56,018 bases of DNA from a virus (lineage: Duplodnaviria > Caudoviricetes), in IMG/VR virus record IMGVR_UViG_3300043409_000151, positions 1 to 56,018 of that record. The stretch is one strand, 5' to 3'. Shown here one piece after another: positions 46,185 to 54,791 of the stretch (positions are counted from its first letter, which is position 1; the number at the start of each line of letters is the position of its first letter). The position numbers and the translations under genes were made by a program. Under the pieces are notes generated by a model that was given only the letters and a program-made list of their open reading frames with translations, was not told where the DNA came from and did no database searches.

Positions 46185-46447
46185 GTCAGTATCCTTTTCT
46201 TTGCCTTGATGGCGATCCAGATTGCTTTGGCTCGCTCGTCTTCCTGCACGAATCGCTCAACAAATTCCAGCATGGCGTCCATCTTGGCGAACTTATCCTC
46301 GGTCAGCGTGATGCTGCCCATCTGGATGGATGCGTTGGCGTTCAGCGTCATGGTGTTGCTGGCAATAGTGATAGCCTGAGCATTGGGGTCTGCGGGGCCA
46401 GTGATATGCACCCCAGTCAGCACAGCGGGAGGGTTACTCTTGCTCAT
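46181..46447 (-). CDS. Hypothetical protein
   Basis: GGAGG SD; overlaps neighbours. Confidence 0.6.
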   Translation of the reverse strand: MSKSNPPAVLTGVHITGPADPNAQAITIASNTMTLNANASIQMGSITLTEDKFAKMDAMLEFVERFVQEDERAKAIWIAIKAKKRILT

Positions 46448-46889
46448 TGAGAACCTCCAACAACTTCTGGATGTAGTGCTGGCCCTTCGACACCTCCAGT
46501 GGTGACTCGTCCTTGCTGCCCATGCGCATCAGATACTTCAGCGCACCGCCACGGTAGTAACCAATGCGTTGGTCACGGGGCCATGTGTCCACGACATCCC
46601 ACGGCTGCACCCCCATCTCCTTGTAGTGATCGCCCCCTACCTGCCTGTCCTTGGCACGGTGAGAATCAACCCAGCCTTTCTCTACAACAACTTGTGGCTC
46701 GTCGATCTGCGGGCCGAGTATCTCTGTAGCGTTGCGCTCTTGGTACTCGTGCATCGCTTGCTTGCGCAGTGTGTATACCGCAGGCAGTGCCATGCTGAAT
46801 TTCTCAGACACGACCTTGGGTGTAGCCAGTGGGTGCTTGAGAAACCAGTTGATGACTTGCTGCTTCTTGGTGGTCTTAGTCTTGCTCAT
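46434..46889 (-). CDS. DUF3310 (SaV-like) protein with an N-terminal HTH-like region
   Basis: QVGGDHYK...QPWD...GGALKYLMR.GSK......KGQHY. Confidence 0.8.
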   Translation of the reverse strand: MSKTKTTKKQQVINWFLKHPLATPKVVSEKFSMALPAVYTLRKQAMHEYQERNATEILGPQIDEPQVVVEKGWVDSHRAKDRQVGGDHYKEMGVQPWDVVDTWPRDQRIGYYRGGALKYLMRMGSKDESPLEVSKGQHYIQKLLEVLNEQE

Positions 46890-46905
46890 TTCTATCTCCA
46901 AAAGG

Positions 46906-46995
46906 TTATGTAAAAATGTTGAACACGAGCACAATCAGCGATGCCACAGCCACAAGGACTAGCAAAGCGTTTTGTACTCGTGCTCTCAGGTTCAT
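46906..46995 (-). CDS. 29-aa single-TM peptide, absent from the ORF track
   Basis: MNLRARVQNALLVLVAVASLIVLVFNIFT; ATGA overlap with upstream gene. Confidence 0.5.
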   Translation of the reverse strand: MNLRARVQNALLVLVAVASLIVLVFNIFT

Positions 46996-47150
46996 GGGTT
47001 CTTCTTCTTTGGTTCGATTACACGTGCAACTTGTTCCAGTGTGACAAAGCGATGCTCGTTGGCGCACTCATACCTGCGGTACGTTATGTTGTGCGGGCGG
47101 CTGCGGGTTTCCTTAACCTGCACCCATGTGTTGCATACTGGGCACTTCAT
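46992..47150 (-). CDS. Zinc-ribbon protein (NrdR N-terminal/Ogr-like), absent from the ORF track
   Basis: MKCPVCNTWVQVKETRSRPHNITYRRYECANEHRFVTLE; ATGA overlap. Confidence 0.7.
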   Translation of the reverse strand: MKCPVCNTWVQVKETRSRPHNITYRRYECANEHRFVTLEQVARVIEPKKKNP

Positions 47151-47518
47151 AGGAACACACCGAACTTCTGTCGGAGTGCCTTACTCTGCTCACGACATAC
47201 CTCGTTCACGGCATACACTGTGCCGATCACCGTAGGTTGCTTGCGTGAATTGAGAAACGTAACCTCAGCGGTCTTCACAAATCCTTCGAGTAGTTCCGGT
47301 GGGAACTGGTTGTCTTTGATACAAGTGTACAGCAGTGTTACCCATCTGTCGTGATCCCATTGGGGTGCATCCCATCGTTGTTTACCCTTACGTTGTGCTG
47401 CAACTTGTTCGCAGATAGTCTGTAGTACTCCGAGCTTGGCCCGCACCCTGATACCGTACTTGAAACGGCGCAAGGCACGGAGCCACTCTCGACGTTTGTC
47501 ATCGTCGATACGGGGCAT
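47147..47518 (-). CDS. Hypothetical protein
   Basis: AAGGAG SD before ATG 47518. Confidence 0.6.
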   Translation of the reverse strand: MPRIDDDKRREWLRALRRFKYGIRVRAKLGVLQTICEQVAAQRKGKQRWDAPQWDHDRWVTLLYTCIKDNQFPPELLEGFVKTAEVTFLNSRKQPTVIGTVYAVNEVCREQSKALRQKFGVFL

Positions 47519-47532
47519 GTGTGTCGCTCCTT

Positions 47533-47658
47533 TCATATACGAATTTGCCCGGTCTGAAGGCAATATCTCAGCCACGCCCAGTAGTGCTCGTCGTGACGGT
47601 ACCCGTTACAAGCATGTAGCGGAACACCGTGTTCGTTGAGTTGATTCAGATCGAGCAT
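47533..47658 (-). CDS. 41-aa hypothetical peptide, absent from the ORF track
   Basis: MLDLNQLNEHGVPLHACNGYRHDEHYWAWLRYCLQTGQIRI fills the gap between neighbours. Confidence 0.45.
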   Translation of the reverse strand: MLDLNQLNEHGVPLHACNGYRHDEHYWAWLRYCLQTGQIRI

Positions 47659-47660
47659 AG

Positions 47661-48290
47661 TCAGATACCAAACTTGGCAGCAGTACTCATGGCAGTAAGT
47701 TTGCCGATGTCAACATCGAGTACCACCTCGTTCTTGGTACGTTCCTTGATCTCACGGTGCTTGTCCTTGACATCATCAGGGATCAAGTCCCACAGGGGAG
47801 GCCATGCCTTGAGTGCCGGGGCCAGAGTAGAGTAGGCATCGCATATCTTCTTGACCATAGCCACGAACTCATCGCGGCGCTTGGCTGCTTCCTGAACACG
47901 TTGGTGGTAGGCAGTCACCTCTGCATGGAACTCGCCCCAGACAATGTTATCCCTGAGGTTGATGGAATCTCCATAGGTTGAATTCTTGCAGGCCAACCCA
48001 GTATCAGGGAACACATACGGCCACGGCTGCGGCGTAGCGAAATCGAAGGTCATATTGCAAACGGCATTGCCGACCCTGCCGATCTCAATATGCTTCATTG
48101 TCTTCAACCATCCAGCAGGAACTTGCGAGATGGTTGGCTTGGCTTCGAGGAACATGGTGTCGTAGATGCGCTGACCCCAGTTGGCGTCGAGCTTCTGCTC
48201 CTTGACCCGGTTCACTGCGGGTTCCATCTTGGCACGGGCCTGCTTCTCGATGCGGTCGATGAGTTCTTTGCTGAAACGTACTGTAGCCAT
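47661..48290 (-). CDS. Hypothetical early protein
   Basis: AAGGAG SD; STLAPALKAWPPLWDLIP motif. Confidence 0.7.
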   Translation of the reverse strand: MATVRFSKELIDRIEKQARAKMEPAVNRVKEQKLDANWGQRIYDTMFLEAKPTISQVPAGWLKTMKHIEIGRVGNAVCNMTFDFATPQPWPYVFPDTGLACKNSTYGDSINLRDNIVWGEFHAEVTAYHQRVQEAAKRRDEFVAMVKKICDAYSTLAPALKAWPPLWDLIPDDVKDKHREIKERTKNEVVLDVDIGKLTAMSTAAKFGI

Positions 48291-48300
48291 GTGATTCTCC

Positions 48301-48543
48301 TTATTGAATGGGGTGTGTTTGAACGGACATGCTTGACATGATGTGGTCAAGCTGCACTGCGACATGCAGGCAGTACTCCTGCTGGGTTAGCGTTGAGTCC
48401 TTGCCAGCCATTGCCAGCATGGTGATCAGAGCGTTGACTGTGACACTGAACTCGTCGTTACTGTCACGCATCATGTCGTTGATCTTCGTGACCACAGCCA
48501 TGACTCGGTTGTGGTACTGGTCTTCGTTGGTTACGGTGTCCAT
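48301..48543 (-). CDS. Hypothetical protein
   Basis: TGATG coupling. Confidence 0.6.
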   Translation of the reverse strand: MDTVTNEDQYHNRVMAVVTKINDMMRDSNDEFSVTVNALITMLAMAGKDSTLTQQEYCLHVAVQLDHIMSSMSVQTHPIQ

Positions 48544-49682
48544 CAGTTCATCTCCACAACTTCACCGAAGGGTGCGGTGCCGGGATCAGTCGTGACCCAC
48601 AGCACTGGTGCATCGGGCTGATCACCGAAGCTGTTGCAGCACAGGTCAGTGAGGAACACGATGGCAACGGGGTTGATCCCGAGTTTAACAATCTTGTCGA
48701 AGACCGGAGCAAAGTCAGTGCCTCCACCGCCGTGAGGCTTGATGTCGAGGTCGTCGTGCTGCTCATAGGATTCCACATGGCTGACCTCACTGTCGAAGTA
48801 CAGCACATGGATACGCTCAGGCATCAGGTCTTCCTTGACCCGCTTGATCTCGGAAGCGAACTGGTTGACAGTCTTCTGGTCGATGGAGCCAGAGCAATCC
48901 ACAGCGAAGCACACCTCACCCATCTGCTCACCGCTGACACTGGGCAAGTACAGTCCTTGTGCAATGAAGCGACGATTAAACCGGGCAAAGGATCGCTGGT
49001 CTGTCCGTGCTTTCACGAGGAACTTCTGCATCACCTCACGCCAGTCCACCTTGGGTTGCAGCACCTCATCCACAAGACGTTGCATGTTGGCAGACATCTT
49101 GCCCATCATCTTCGCTGCTTGCGCAGCTTGGGCCACCTTCACCTTCCACTCAGCTTGCTGTTGCTGCTGCTCGGCAGGGCTACCGTCACCGTCCTCACAG
49201 TCATCCAGTGGGCCACCGGGTTCACCAGCACCGGAGCCACCGCTCTCATCCTGTTCAGGCAGGATGTTGTAGATGCCCTCACTGGTGCCGTGCCCAGCGT
49301 TGTAGATCGCATCGTTGTGCAGTCCGACCTTGGGCATCCGACCGATACTCTCATCGGTCAACAGCTTGTTAATCACGTAGTCAGCGGCCATGTTCCAGCG
49401 TCTGGATTGCCGCCCACCACGCCGGAAGTTGTGCTCCAACATGGGGTGGAAGCACTCGTGGGCAACGAGGAACTTGACCTCCTCATCGGTCAGTGAGTCC
49501 ACAAACTCGGGGTTGAACTTGATCCGCTTGCCGTTGGTGGCAGCGGTCTTGATGCTCTCATCGAACTCGAAGGGCATACTCAGGGCGATGGTGCCCACAA
49601 AGGGATGCTCCAAGATCAGAGCGGTCTTGGCCTTCGCCAGCTTGGTGGTCAGCTTCTTCATGTCAAGCGTTGCAGTTGTCAT
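48543..49682 (-). CDS. Metallopeptidase + vWA protein (DUF2201-like)
   Basis: TAATNG, AHECFH (HExxH), WNMAADYVIN, MIDAS VDCSGSI, GGGGTDF, FLTD. Confidence 0.88.
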   Translation of the reverse strand: MTTATLDMKKLTTKLAKAKTALILEHPFVGTIALSMPFEFDESIKTAATNGKRIKFNPEFVDSLTDEEVKFLVAHECFHPMLEHNFRRGGRQSRRWNMAADYVINKLLTDESIGRMPKVGLHNDAIYNAGHGTSEGIYNILPEQDESGGSGAGEPGGPLDDCEDGDGSPAEQQQQQAEWKVKVAQAAQAAKMMGKMSANMQRLVDEVLQPKVDWREVMQKFLVKARTDQRSFARFNRRFIAQGLYLPSVSGEQMGEVCFAVDCSGSIDQKTVNQFASEIKRVKEDLMPERIHVLYFDSEVSHVESYEQHDDLDIKPHGGGGTDFAPVFDKIVKLGINPVAIVFLTDLCCNSFGDQPDAPVLWVTTDPGTAPFGEVVEMN

Positions 49683-49873
49683 CAGTCTCTCCTTGGTTTG
49701 CGTTTCTTGGGTACGTTGCGCCATGAACTACCTAGTCGCTGCCGTAGCAGCAACAGGACAGGCCCAGCGATGTCATCGTATACACCGGGATCGGTCTTCA
49801 GGATCACTTGGATCAGGTCATACGCTGCTTGTATGGCAGTGCCGTCAGCGTCAAAGATGTCCTCCTTGTTCAT
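49682..49873 (-). CDS. Hypothetical protein
   Basis: Start and stop coupled to neighbours. Confidence 0.5.
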   Translation of the reverse strand: MNKEDIFDADGTAIQAAYDLIQVILKTDPGVYDDIAGPVLLLLRQRLGSSWRNVPKKRKPRRD

Positions 49874-50160
49874 GTGTTTTTCTCCCTCAGTGCCATCATC
49901 GTGGCAATCACCACTTCATACACACCGTCTCGCAGTCTTGGGTCAGTGATGGCGATGTTGTTGTCGATGATTGCATCCATCTCGGCCATCTCTAGCTCAA
50001 TGAACTCCTTGGATGCAACAATCCCAAACACGTGCCCACACCCCACACACCGCAGTGTGGTGCGGTTGTTTAGCTTGCCGTGGCGATACCGCAGTACCTC
50101 AAACACAGTTCGCTCAGTGCATTGCGGACAGTGCATCTTCTCGATAGTGATCCGCATCAC
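49870..50160 (-). CDS. Zinc-ribbon protein
   Basis: CPQC...CVGCGH. Confidence 0.6.
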   Translation of the reverse strand: MMRITIEKMHCPQCTERTVFEVLRYRHGKLNNRTTLRCVGCGHVFGIVASKEFIELEMAEMDAIIDNNIAITDPRLRDGVYEVVIATMMALREKNT

Positions 50161-51005
50161 AGTGCTCCCATGAATGCACCCATTGCATCCATGATTTTCT
50201 TGGCTTCCGCAGCAGTGTCTTGCCGCAGGTCAGGGTCGTTACGTAATGCCTCGGGGTGCTTGATCAGGGATGCCTCAACCTGTTGCCGCATGGCTTCCAA
50301 GTTGGGATCATCGGTGAAGTTCAAGCGGGGCAGCAAGGCACAGATTTCACGGGTGTTCTCCAGCATGGAGTCACGGAAGATCGCCTTGGGGTCAGCCAGC
50401 TTCTCAGCCATGTGCTTCACCCTGTCGTACAGCCGCTGCCACACGTCCTTCAGAGCCGCTTGCTCTGCCTCCTTCACACGTCTCTCAACGTCTTGCTGGA
50501 TGCGAGACAACTCCTCAGAGCCGATGGCAACCCGAAAGTCCGAGCTTGGTACTGGGAACACAACCATGTCCATGTGGAACTTGACACGCAGGTCAGCCTT
50601 ACTGGGGTAGTCAGCAGCGCTGTACAAGGAGCCAAGGATGCGCTGTGCATCCAGCATGTCCTGCTCGTAGTCGTCGTAGAACTCCTGCACCAGACCGTTC
50701 CACTCGCCTCGTTCCTTGCGGAACTCAGACATGAAGGACAGGTAGTTGGCAGTGGGCAGCATCATGGTGCCGTCCATGCCCCAAGGCAGGGTGTTGTCGT
50801 AGTACTTGGTGCGGATGTGGGTCGTCTTCTTGTGGATATTCTCCAGCTTGTCGTTCATGGGCAGCAAGGACTTGTTGAAGCGGCCAGCAGCAGAGCTTGC
50901 GCCATGTGCTGTCGTCACCTCCTTGGATGCTCGCTTGTCATACTTGCGGGCTGTCCACTGGGACACGTTCAGTTGCACCAATAGTGCGCGGTCATTGAGA
51001 TTCAT
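50157..51005 (-). CDS. Conserved helical protein of the phage MoxR/vWA module (DUF3150-like)
   Basis: WTARKYDK, TLPW, DYPS, IFRDS, LNFTDDP.LE. Confidence 0.65.
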   Translation of the reverse strand: MNLNDRALLVQLNVSQWTARKYDKRASKEVTTAHGASSAAGRFNKSLLPMNDKLENIHKKTTHIRTKYYDNTLPWGMDGTMMLPTANYLSFMSEFRKERGEWNGLVQEFYDDYEQDMLDAQRILGSLYSAADYPSKADLRVKFHMDMVVFPVPSSDFRVAIGSEELSRIQQDVERRVKEAEQAALKDVWQRLYDRVKHMAEKLADPKAIFRDSMLENTREICALLPRLNFTDDPNLEAMRQQVEASLIKHPEALRNDPDLRQDTAAEAKKIMDAMGAFMGAL

Positions 51006-51028
51006 AGTGTTAACTCCTCTTTGGTTGA

Positions 51029-52015
51029 TTAAAACAATACGTCTTGGTGGTTGATAGACCACTTGGTGAAGGCTTGGGTGTTAGCCAAGTCAGGGTTGCG
51101 CCGTGCTGCATAGCTGATGGTCAGCACAGAGAACTCGGGAGGCATACGTTCAGAGTACTGGCAGACCCTCTCGAAGTTGGACTCGGTAGCACGTTGGGCC
51201 AAGGCACCAGACAGGGCATACAGGGTCGCTGGGTCTTTGGGAACGTCAGCAGTTTGAGGGTTGAGCAGGATAGCGTCAGGGTTGGGCAGCTTGCGGAAGA
51301 TACGTACAAACCCTACGAACTCGGCAGCAGCACCCTCACCGACAGCACCTTTGAAGCACTCGAACTCAGCCTCGGCAGGCACGGTGCCCAGCACATCGGA
51401 CACACCATCCACCCATGCTCTGGGAGTTGCGTTCTGGTCACGCTGTGGATCGAAGTCATGCAACAGACCGGGACGGAAGCGGATGAAGCTGATCACCTCG
51501 GGCTTGACACCGTGGTTGATGGCCCATGAAGTCCAGTCGTCGAGGTGGGTTTCCAACTCGATCACAGTCTCACGGTTACGGAGGTGACTCAGCACCCGGT
51601 TGGCACCAGCACGGTCAGACTGCCTGTTGCCAGTGGACACCACCATCCAGCCATCCGGCATCGGTACACCGTGCAGTGTCCGGGCTTGGCAGATGTTGGC
51701 AAGCACCTTCTGGAGATCAGGGCCAGCTTGGTTGCGGTCATCGAACAGCAGGATGCCAGCCTCGGGAGCTTTGCCCTTGACAGGGAACCAGTCAGGGAGG
51801 CGGTAGTTCAGCTTGTCGCTGCCGTCTGGGAACAGGATGCCGAAGTCCTCGACCAACATGGTTGGCATGTGACGCTCGATACAGGGGATGTCAAGTTCCT
51901 GTGCAACCTCGTGGACGATGGTCGTCTTGCCACCGCCGGGGCTACCCTCAATGGACAGGGTACGGGTGATGGGGAACAGAGACTTGATGGTTTCTTTCAG
52001 CAGAGTGGCTCGCAT
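51029..52015 (-). CDS. MoxR-type AAA+ ATPase
   Basis: Walker A GSPGGGKT, Walker B LLFDD, STGNR..DRAG, LRNR, TPRAW. Confidence 0.88.
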   Translation of the reverse strand: MRATLLKETIKSLFPITRTLSIEGSPGGGKTTIVHEVAQELDIPCIERHMPTMLVEDFGILFPDGSDKLNYRLPDWFPVKGKAPEAGILLFDDRNQAGPDLQKVLANICQARTLHGVPMPDGWMVVSTGNRQSDRAGANRVLSHLRNRETVIELETHLDDWTSWAINHGVKPEVISFIRFRPGLLHDFDPQRDQNATPRAWVDGVSDVLGTVPAEAEFECFKGAVGEGAAAEFVGFVRIFRKLPNPDAILLNPQTADVPKDPATLYALSGALAQRATESNFERVCQYSERMPPEFSVLTISYAARRNPDLANTQAFTKWSINHQDVLF

Positions 52016-52194
52016 TTGATTTTCCTCTCGGATTTGGGTTGATGGTCAGGGCCGGTAGATACAACAAAAATGGGTGGGGTTGCCCCCGTGTTGAGTTCGT
52101 TTCTCTGTCGCTTTGCACTCTCCTTGTCGTTGAAATAGATGATCCGGCCAGTGGAGTCACGCACTGGTGCTCCACGTTTGCCGTACCGCAGCAT
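51997..52194 (-). CDS. Hypothetical protein
   Basis: Fills the gap; start uncertain. Confidence 0.4.
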   Translation of the reverse strand: MLRYGKRGAPVRDSTGRIIYFNDKESAKRQRNELNTGATPPIFVVSTGPDHQPKSERKIKCEPLC

Positions 52195-52207
52195 GTAAAG
52201 CCGCAGG

Positions 52208-52435
52208 TTATCGGTTGATGAACAGGCATTCGTTGGCATGTTGCACTCCTTTGGAATCGGTGTAGGTTTCCCCGCAACCAGCCATCCATTCGAGCAGAAA
52301 CACAGCCATCAGTACACCGATGACAGTCACCGAGATGACATAGGATAGCCACCGGGCAACACGTTTCCACAAAGGTTCGTTGATGGACACCCCCATTGGG
52401 GGGATGGGCTTGAGTTTGAACTTGTCTCTAAACAT
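52208..52435 (-). CDS. Small membrane protein
   Basis: One TM followed by EWMAGCGE...EC. Confidence 0.6.
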   Translation of the reverse strand: MFRDKFKLKPIPPMGVSINEPLWKRVARWLSYVISVTVIGVLMAVFLLEWMAGCGETYTDSKGVQHANECLFINR

Positions 52436-52629
52436 TACATTGTCCTCTTTGGGTTGAGTTGCTTGAGCAGTTCAGGGTCAGTGAACAGCATGTAGTTGCT
52501 TTTGTTCATCGGTGCCACGGTGTGGCGTACTTGACGTGCTGCCTTGTCACCACAGACAAGGCATGTCCTGTAGCCCAGTTCAGCACGTTTGGTAGGGACA
52601 TCATCCCCACAGCGGCAGATCACTCTCAT
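52435..52629 (-). CDS. DksA/TraR-like C4 zinc-finger protein
   Basis: CRCGDDVPTKRAELGYRTCLVC; GGAGG SD. Confidence 0.55.
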   Translation of the reverse strand: MRVICRCGDDVPTKRAELGYRTCLVCGDKAARQVRHTVAPMNKSNYMLFTDPELLKQLNPKRTM

Positions 52630-52832
52630 GTTCCCTCCACTCGTTGATAGGCAGTCAGCCAGTGCTGACCGACGACATAGCCGATGTGTACAGAGCGGCC
52701 ATCCTTCTTGTCCACGTACATCTTGGACACACGGCTTCCCCCCATGCCAATCTGCTCTCGCAGTTCCTTGACAGTCTTGGCCCACCAGCGGCTCCCCCAC
52801 TGGTCGATGTAAAGCGTTGGCTTGCCTTTCAT
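52626..52832 (-). CDS. Hypothetical protein
   Basis: ATGA overlaps. Confidence 0.6.
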   Translation of the reverse strand: MKGKPTLYIDQWGSRWWAKTVKELREQIGMGGSRVSKMYVDKKDGRSVHIGYVVGQHWLTAYQRVEGT

Positions 52833-53194
52833 ACCAGTTCCTCGGGTATCTCTACCTCATCGCCGAGCTTTGATGCAACGTAGCACCGCATGGCGGCGAT
52901 GAGTGGTGTGGGGCCGTACTGCACAATGTCTTGTGCATTCTTGGTGTATGCCGTGGCTTCCCACAACGCATCGGAGAAACGTTCGATCTTCGCTATCTCC
53001 CGCTCAATGATCGGCCCACCTTGTGACCAGTCGGTTGAATATGATGGCGTGAGTCCATCATCGCCTCGCAACACATATATTGCCGGGTGCCGATCTCGAT
53101 GGTTGATGCGGTAAAGGTGGCAAGGTTTGCCCGTGGCTTGTGCCACCGCCCAGTTGAGAGCAGCACCTGTCAGTTCACTTGTTTTGATTTTCAT
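52829..53194 (-). CDS. NinX/DUF2591-family protein
   Basis: TSELTGAALNWAVA, YSTDWSQGGPIIERE, GPTPLIAAMRCYVASKLG. Confidence 0.8.
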   Translation of the reverse strand: MKIKTSELTGAALNWAVAQATGKPCHLYRINHRDRHPAIYVLRGDDGLTPSYSTDWSQGGPIIEREIAKIERFSDALWEATAYTKNAQDIVQYGPTPLIAAMRCYVASKLGDEVEIPEELV

Positions 53195-53541
53195 GCTGTC
53201 TGTCCTTGCAGGATGCGTTCTTTGGCAATGGCGGCATAACCCCCTTTGGCAAGGCGCAGCATCCACTTGGTGGACAACAGCACAGTGGGGCGGTGAGGAT
53301 GGGTCTGTGTCCTGTGCTTGCTGGTGGTCACAGAGTGCTTGTCCTCGTTCTCGAACCATGTGTCTCCAGCATGGATGAACAGCGGCCAGTGATCCCCGTA
53401 GCTGTAAACCACGTACCACATGTCGGGGCCATTGGTTTCATCGTCGTTGTTCTGGGTGTGAAACTGGGCATAGATGTTGTTCCCCTCGAAGGGGTGTTGT
53501 TTCTGCACGAACTGTCGTGCATCTCTGTTGGCAATCTTCAT
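53191..53541 (-). CDS. Hypothetical early protein
   Basis: YVVYSYGDHWPL...WFENEDKHSVTTSKH motif. Confidence 0.7.
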   Translation of the reverse strand: MKIANRDARQFVQKQHPFEGNNIYAQFHTQNNDDETNGPDMWYVVYSYGDHWPLFIHAGDTWFENEDKHSVTTSKHRTQTHPHRPTVLLSTKWMLRLAKGGYAAIAKERILQGQTA

Positions 53542-53610
53542 AGCGTTTGCTCCGATACAGTGCGACATTGCACCCCACAGCCCCCTGTCACAGGGCTGTA
53601 AGTTGACGTG

Positions 53611-53781
53611 TCAAACAATGCTGAATGCCGAGTCATCGGCATCGTAGAACCACTCTGTGTAAGAGTAGATGCTTCCCTCACTGCTGAGGTACTGCCCATG
53701 CACTGGCTCTGAGGAGTTATCCTCCTCGAAACCAGCGTCTTCCAGCGTAACGAAACGCTGTTCTGTCATTGCAACTTTCAT
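53611..53781 (-). CDS. Small acidic protein
   Basis: GGAG SD; Asp/Glu-rich. Confidence 0.5.
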   Translation of the reverse strand: MKVAMTEQRFVTLEDAGFEEDNSSEPVHGQYLSSEGSIYSYTEWFYDADDSAFSIV

Positions 53782-53836
53782 AGCCGAAGCTCCAGTAAAA
53801 ACGCAGTGTGAGACGGCACACTGCAAACCGCAATCT

Positions 53837-54037
53837 TCACTTCGATGCAGGGTGCATCAGTAAACGAGTCTCGTAACCAGCATCAACCATGCGCTGTTGA
53901 AAGGCACAGGCTGCACTGTCACGTTTAAACCATTGAAAGTACATCGTGTCTTCAACGATCCACTTGACAACGTAACGAACTGATTCCTTGCGTTGTTTGC
54001 GAGGGGCAATGTAAGGGAGGGTTTGAACAGTAGCCAT
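53837..54037 (-). CDS. Hypothetical early protein
   Basis: AAGGAG SD. Confidence 0.65.
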   Translation of the reverse strand: MATVQTLPYIAPRKQRKESVRYVVKWIVEDTMYFQWFKRDSAACAFQQRMVDAGYETRLLMHPASK

Positions 54038-54049
54038 GATGTCTCCTTG

Positions 54050-54346
54050 TTAAGCGAGCTTTTGAACAGTGACCTTGACAGCACCCGGTGCCTTGCGTTC
54101 TGGCAACAGAGCAATGTAAGGCTTGCCCCAACGATCTGCCATCAGCAGTGGGGTGTCACAGTTTGTTTCATTCTCAGGCTTGAAAATACGAACATCCATC
54201 TTGTGTTTCTTGCCGAGTGTCAACATGGTGCTGTAAAGTTCAGCGACATTCTCATGGCTGAACTTGCCCTCAACATCGGGCTTGACCACCAACTGTTTGT
54301 TGGCGTTGCTGAACACTGATACTTTACCTTGGTAAATCTTAGCCAT
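54050..54346 (-). CDS. Early protein, paralog B
   Basis: AAGGAG SD; full-length similarity to 55349-55648. Confidence 0.8.
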   Translation of the reverse strand: MAKIYQGKVSVFSNANKQLVVKPDVEGKFSHENVAELYSTMLTLGKKHKMDVRIFKPENETNCDTPLLMADRWGKPYIALLPERKAPGAVKVTVQKLA

Positions 54347-54403
54347 GATGGCTCCTTAAAGGTTGGTTTGAAAGAATGTTAAAGCGGCATCGCTGCCAAA
54401 ACC

Positions 54404-54432
54404 AGACTCGCCGCCGCCGCCGAAAATGTCAA
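54404..54432 (-). promoter_or_regulatory. Early promoter 2
   Basis: TTGACA-N17-GAGTCT; shares CGGCGAGTCTG with promoter 1. Confidence 0.65.
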
Positions 54433-54566
54433 GTCGTCCGCTGTTTTCCAAGAACATGTGTTGGGTAAAGTAACTTAAAGTGGGGTGTCGTGCGTGAACA
54501 ATCTACAAATTGATGTAAACAATCTACGAATAAGTGTCAAGTTAGATTGCTCGTAGATCGCAGAAT

Positions 54567-54587
54567 TCCAATGAAATCAACGACTTA
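54567..54587 (+). promoter_or_regulatory. IHF-consensus site
   Basis: AATCAA-CGAC-TTA matches WATCAANNNNTTR. Confidence 0.65.
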
Positions 54588-54770
54588 GGAGCAACGATCT
54601 AAACAATCTACGTTTTTGGAAGTAATGTCGCACTAAAAAGTTGGAAGATTTATGTCCCACATTATGAAACGAGGGAATTCTTTTTCTTGTGAAAGGGTAT
54701 ACGTTAAAAACCTATCTTTTCTATATCATCTATATCGTTCATAGACTCATGGCTCATGGTAAAAACCACG

Positions 54771-54791
54771 TAAGTGGTTGATTTCATTGGA
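54771..54791 (-). promoter_or_regulatory. IHF-consensus site, inverted copy
   Basis: Minus-strand AATCAA-CCAC-TTA; 20/21 identical to 54567-54587. Confidence 0.65.

Noticed and set aside
53578-53598. Hairpin sharing a CCTGTCAC loop with the 55311 terminator
   Set aside because: Only two instances and no U-tract; too weak to call a motif
54404-54409. GAGTC in the early -10 boxes as a CcrM (GANTC) methylation switch
   Set aside because: Host unknown, no methylase encoded, and the 5-mer is common
54497-54611. Mini-CRISPR array
   Set aside because: Repeats are only 10 bp, irregularly spaced and in both orientations; the Cas4-like gene is a common phage exonuclease
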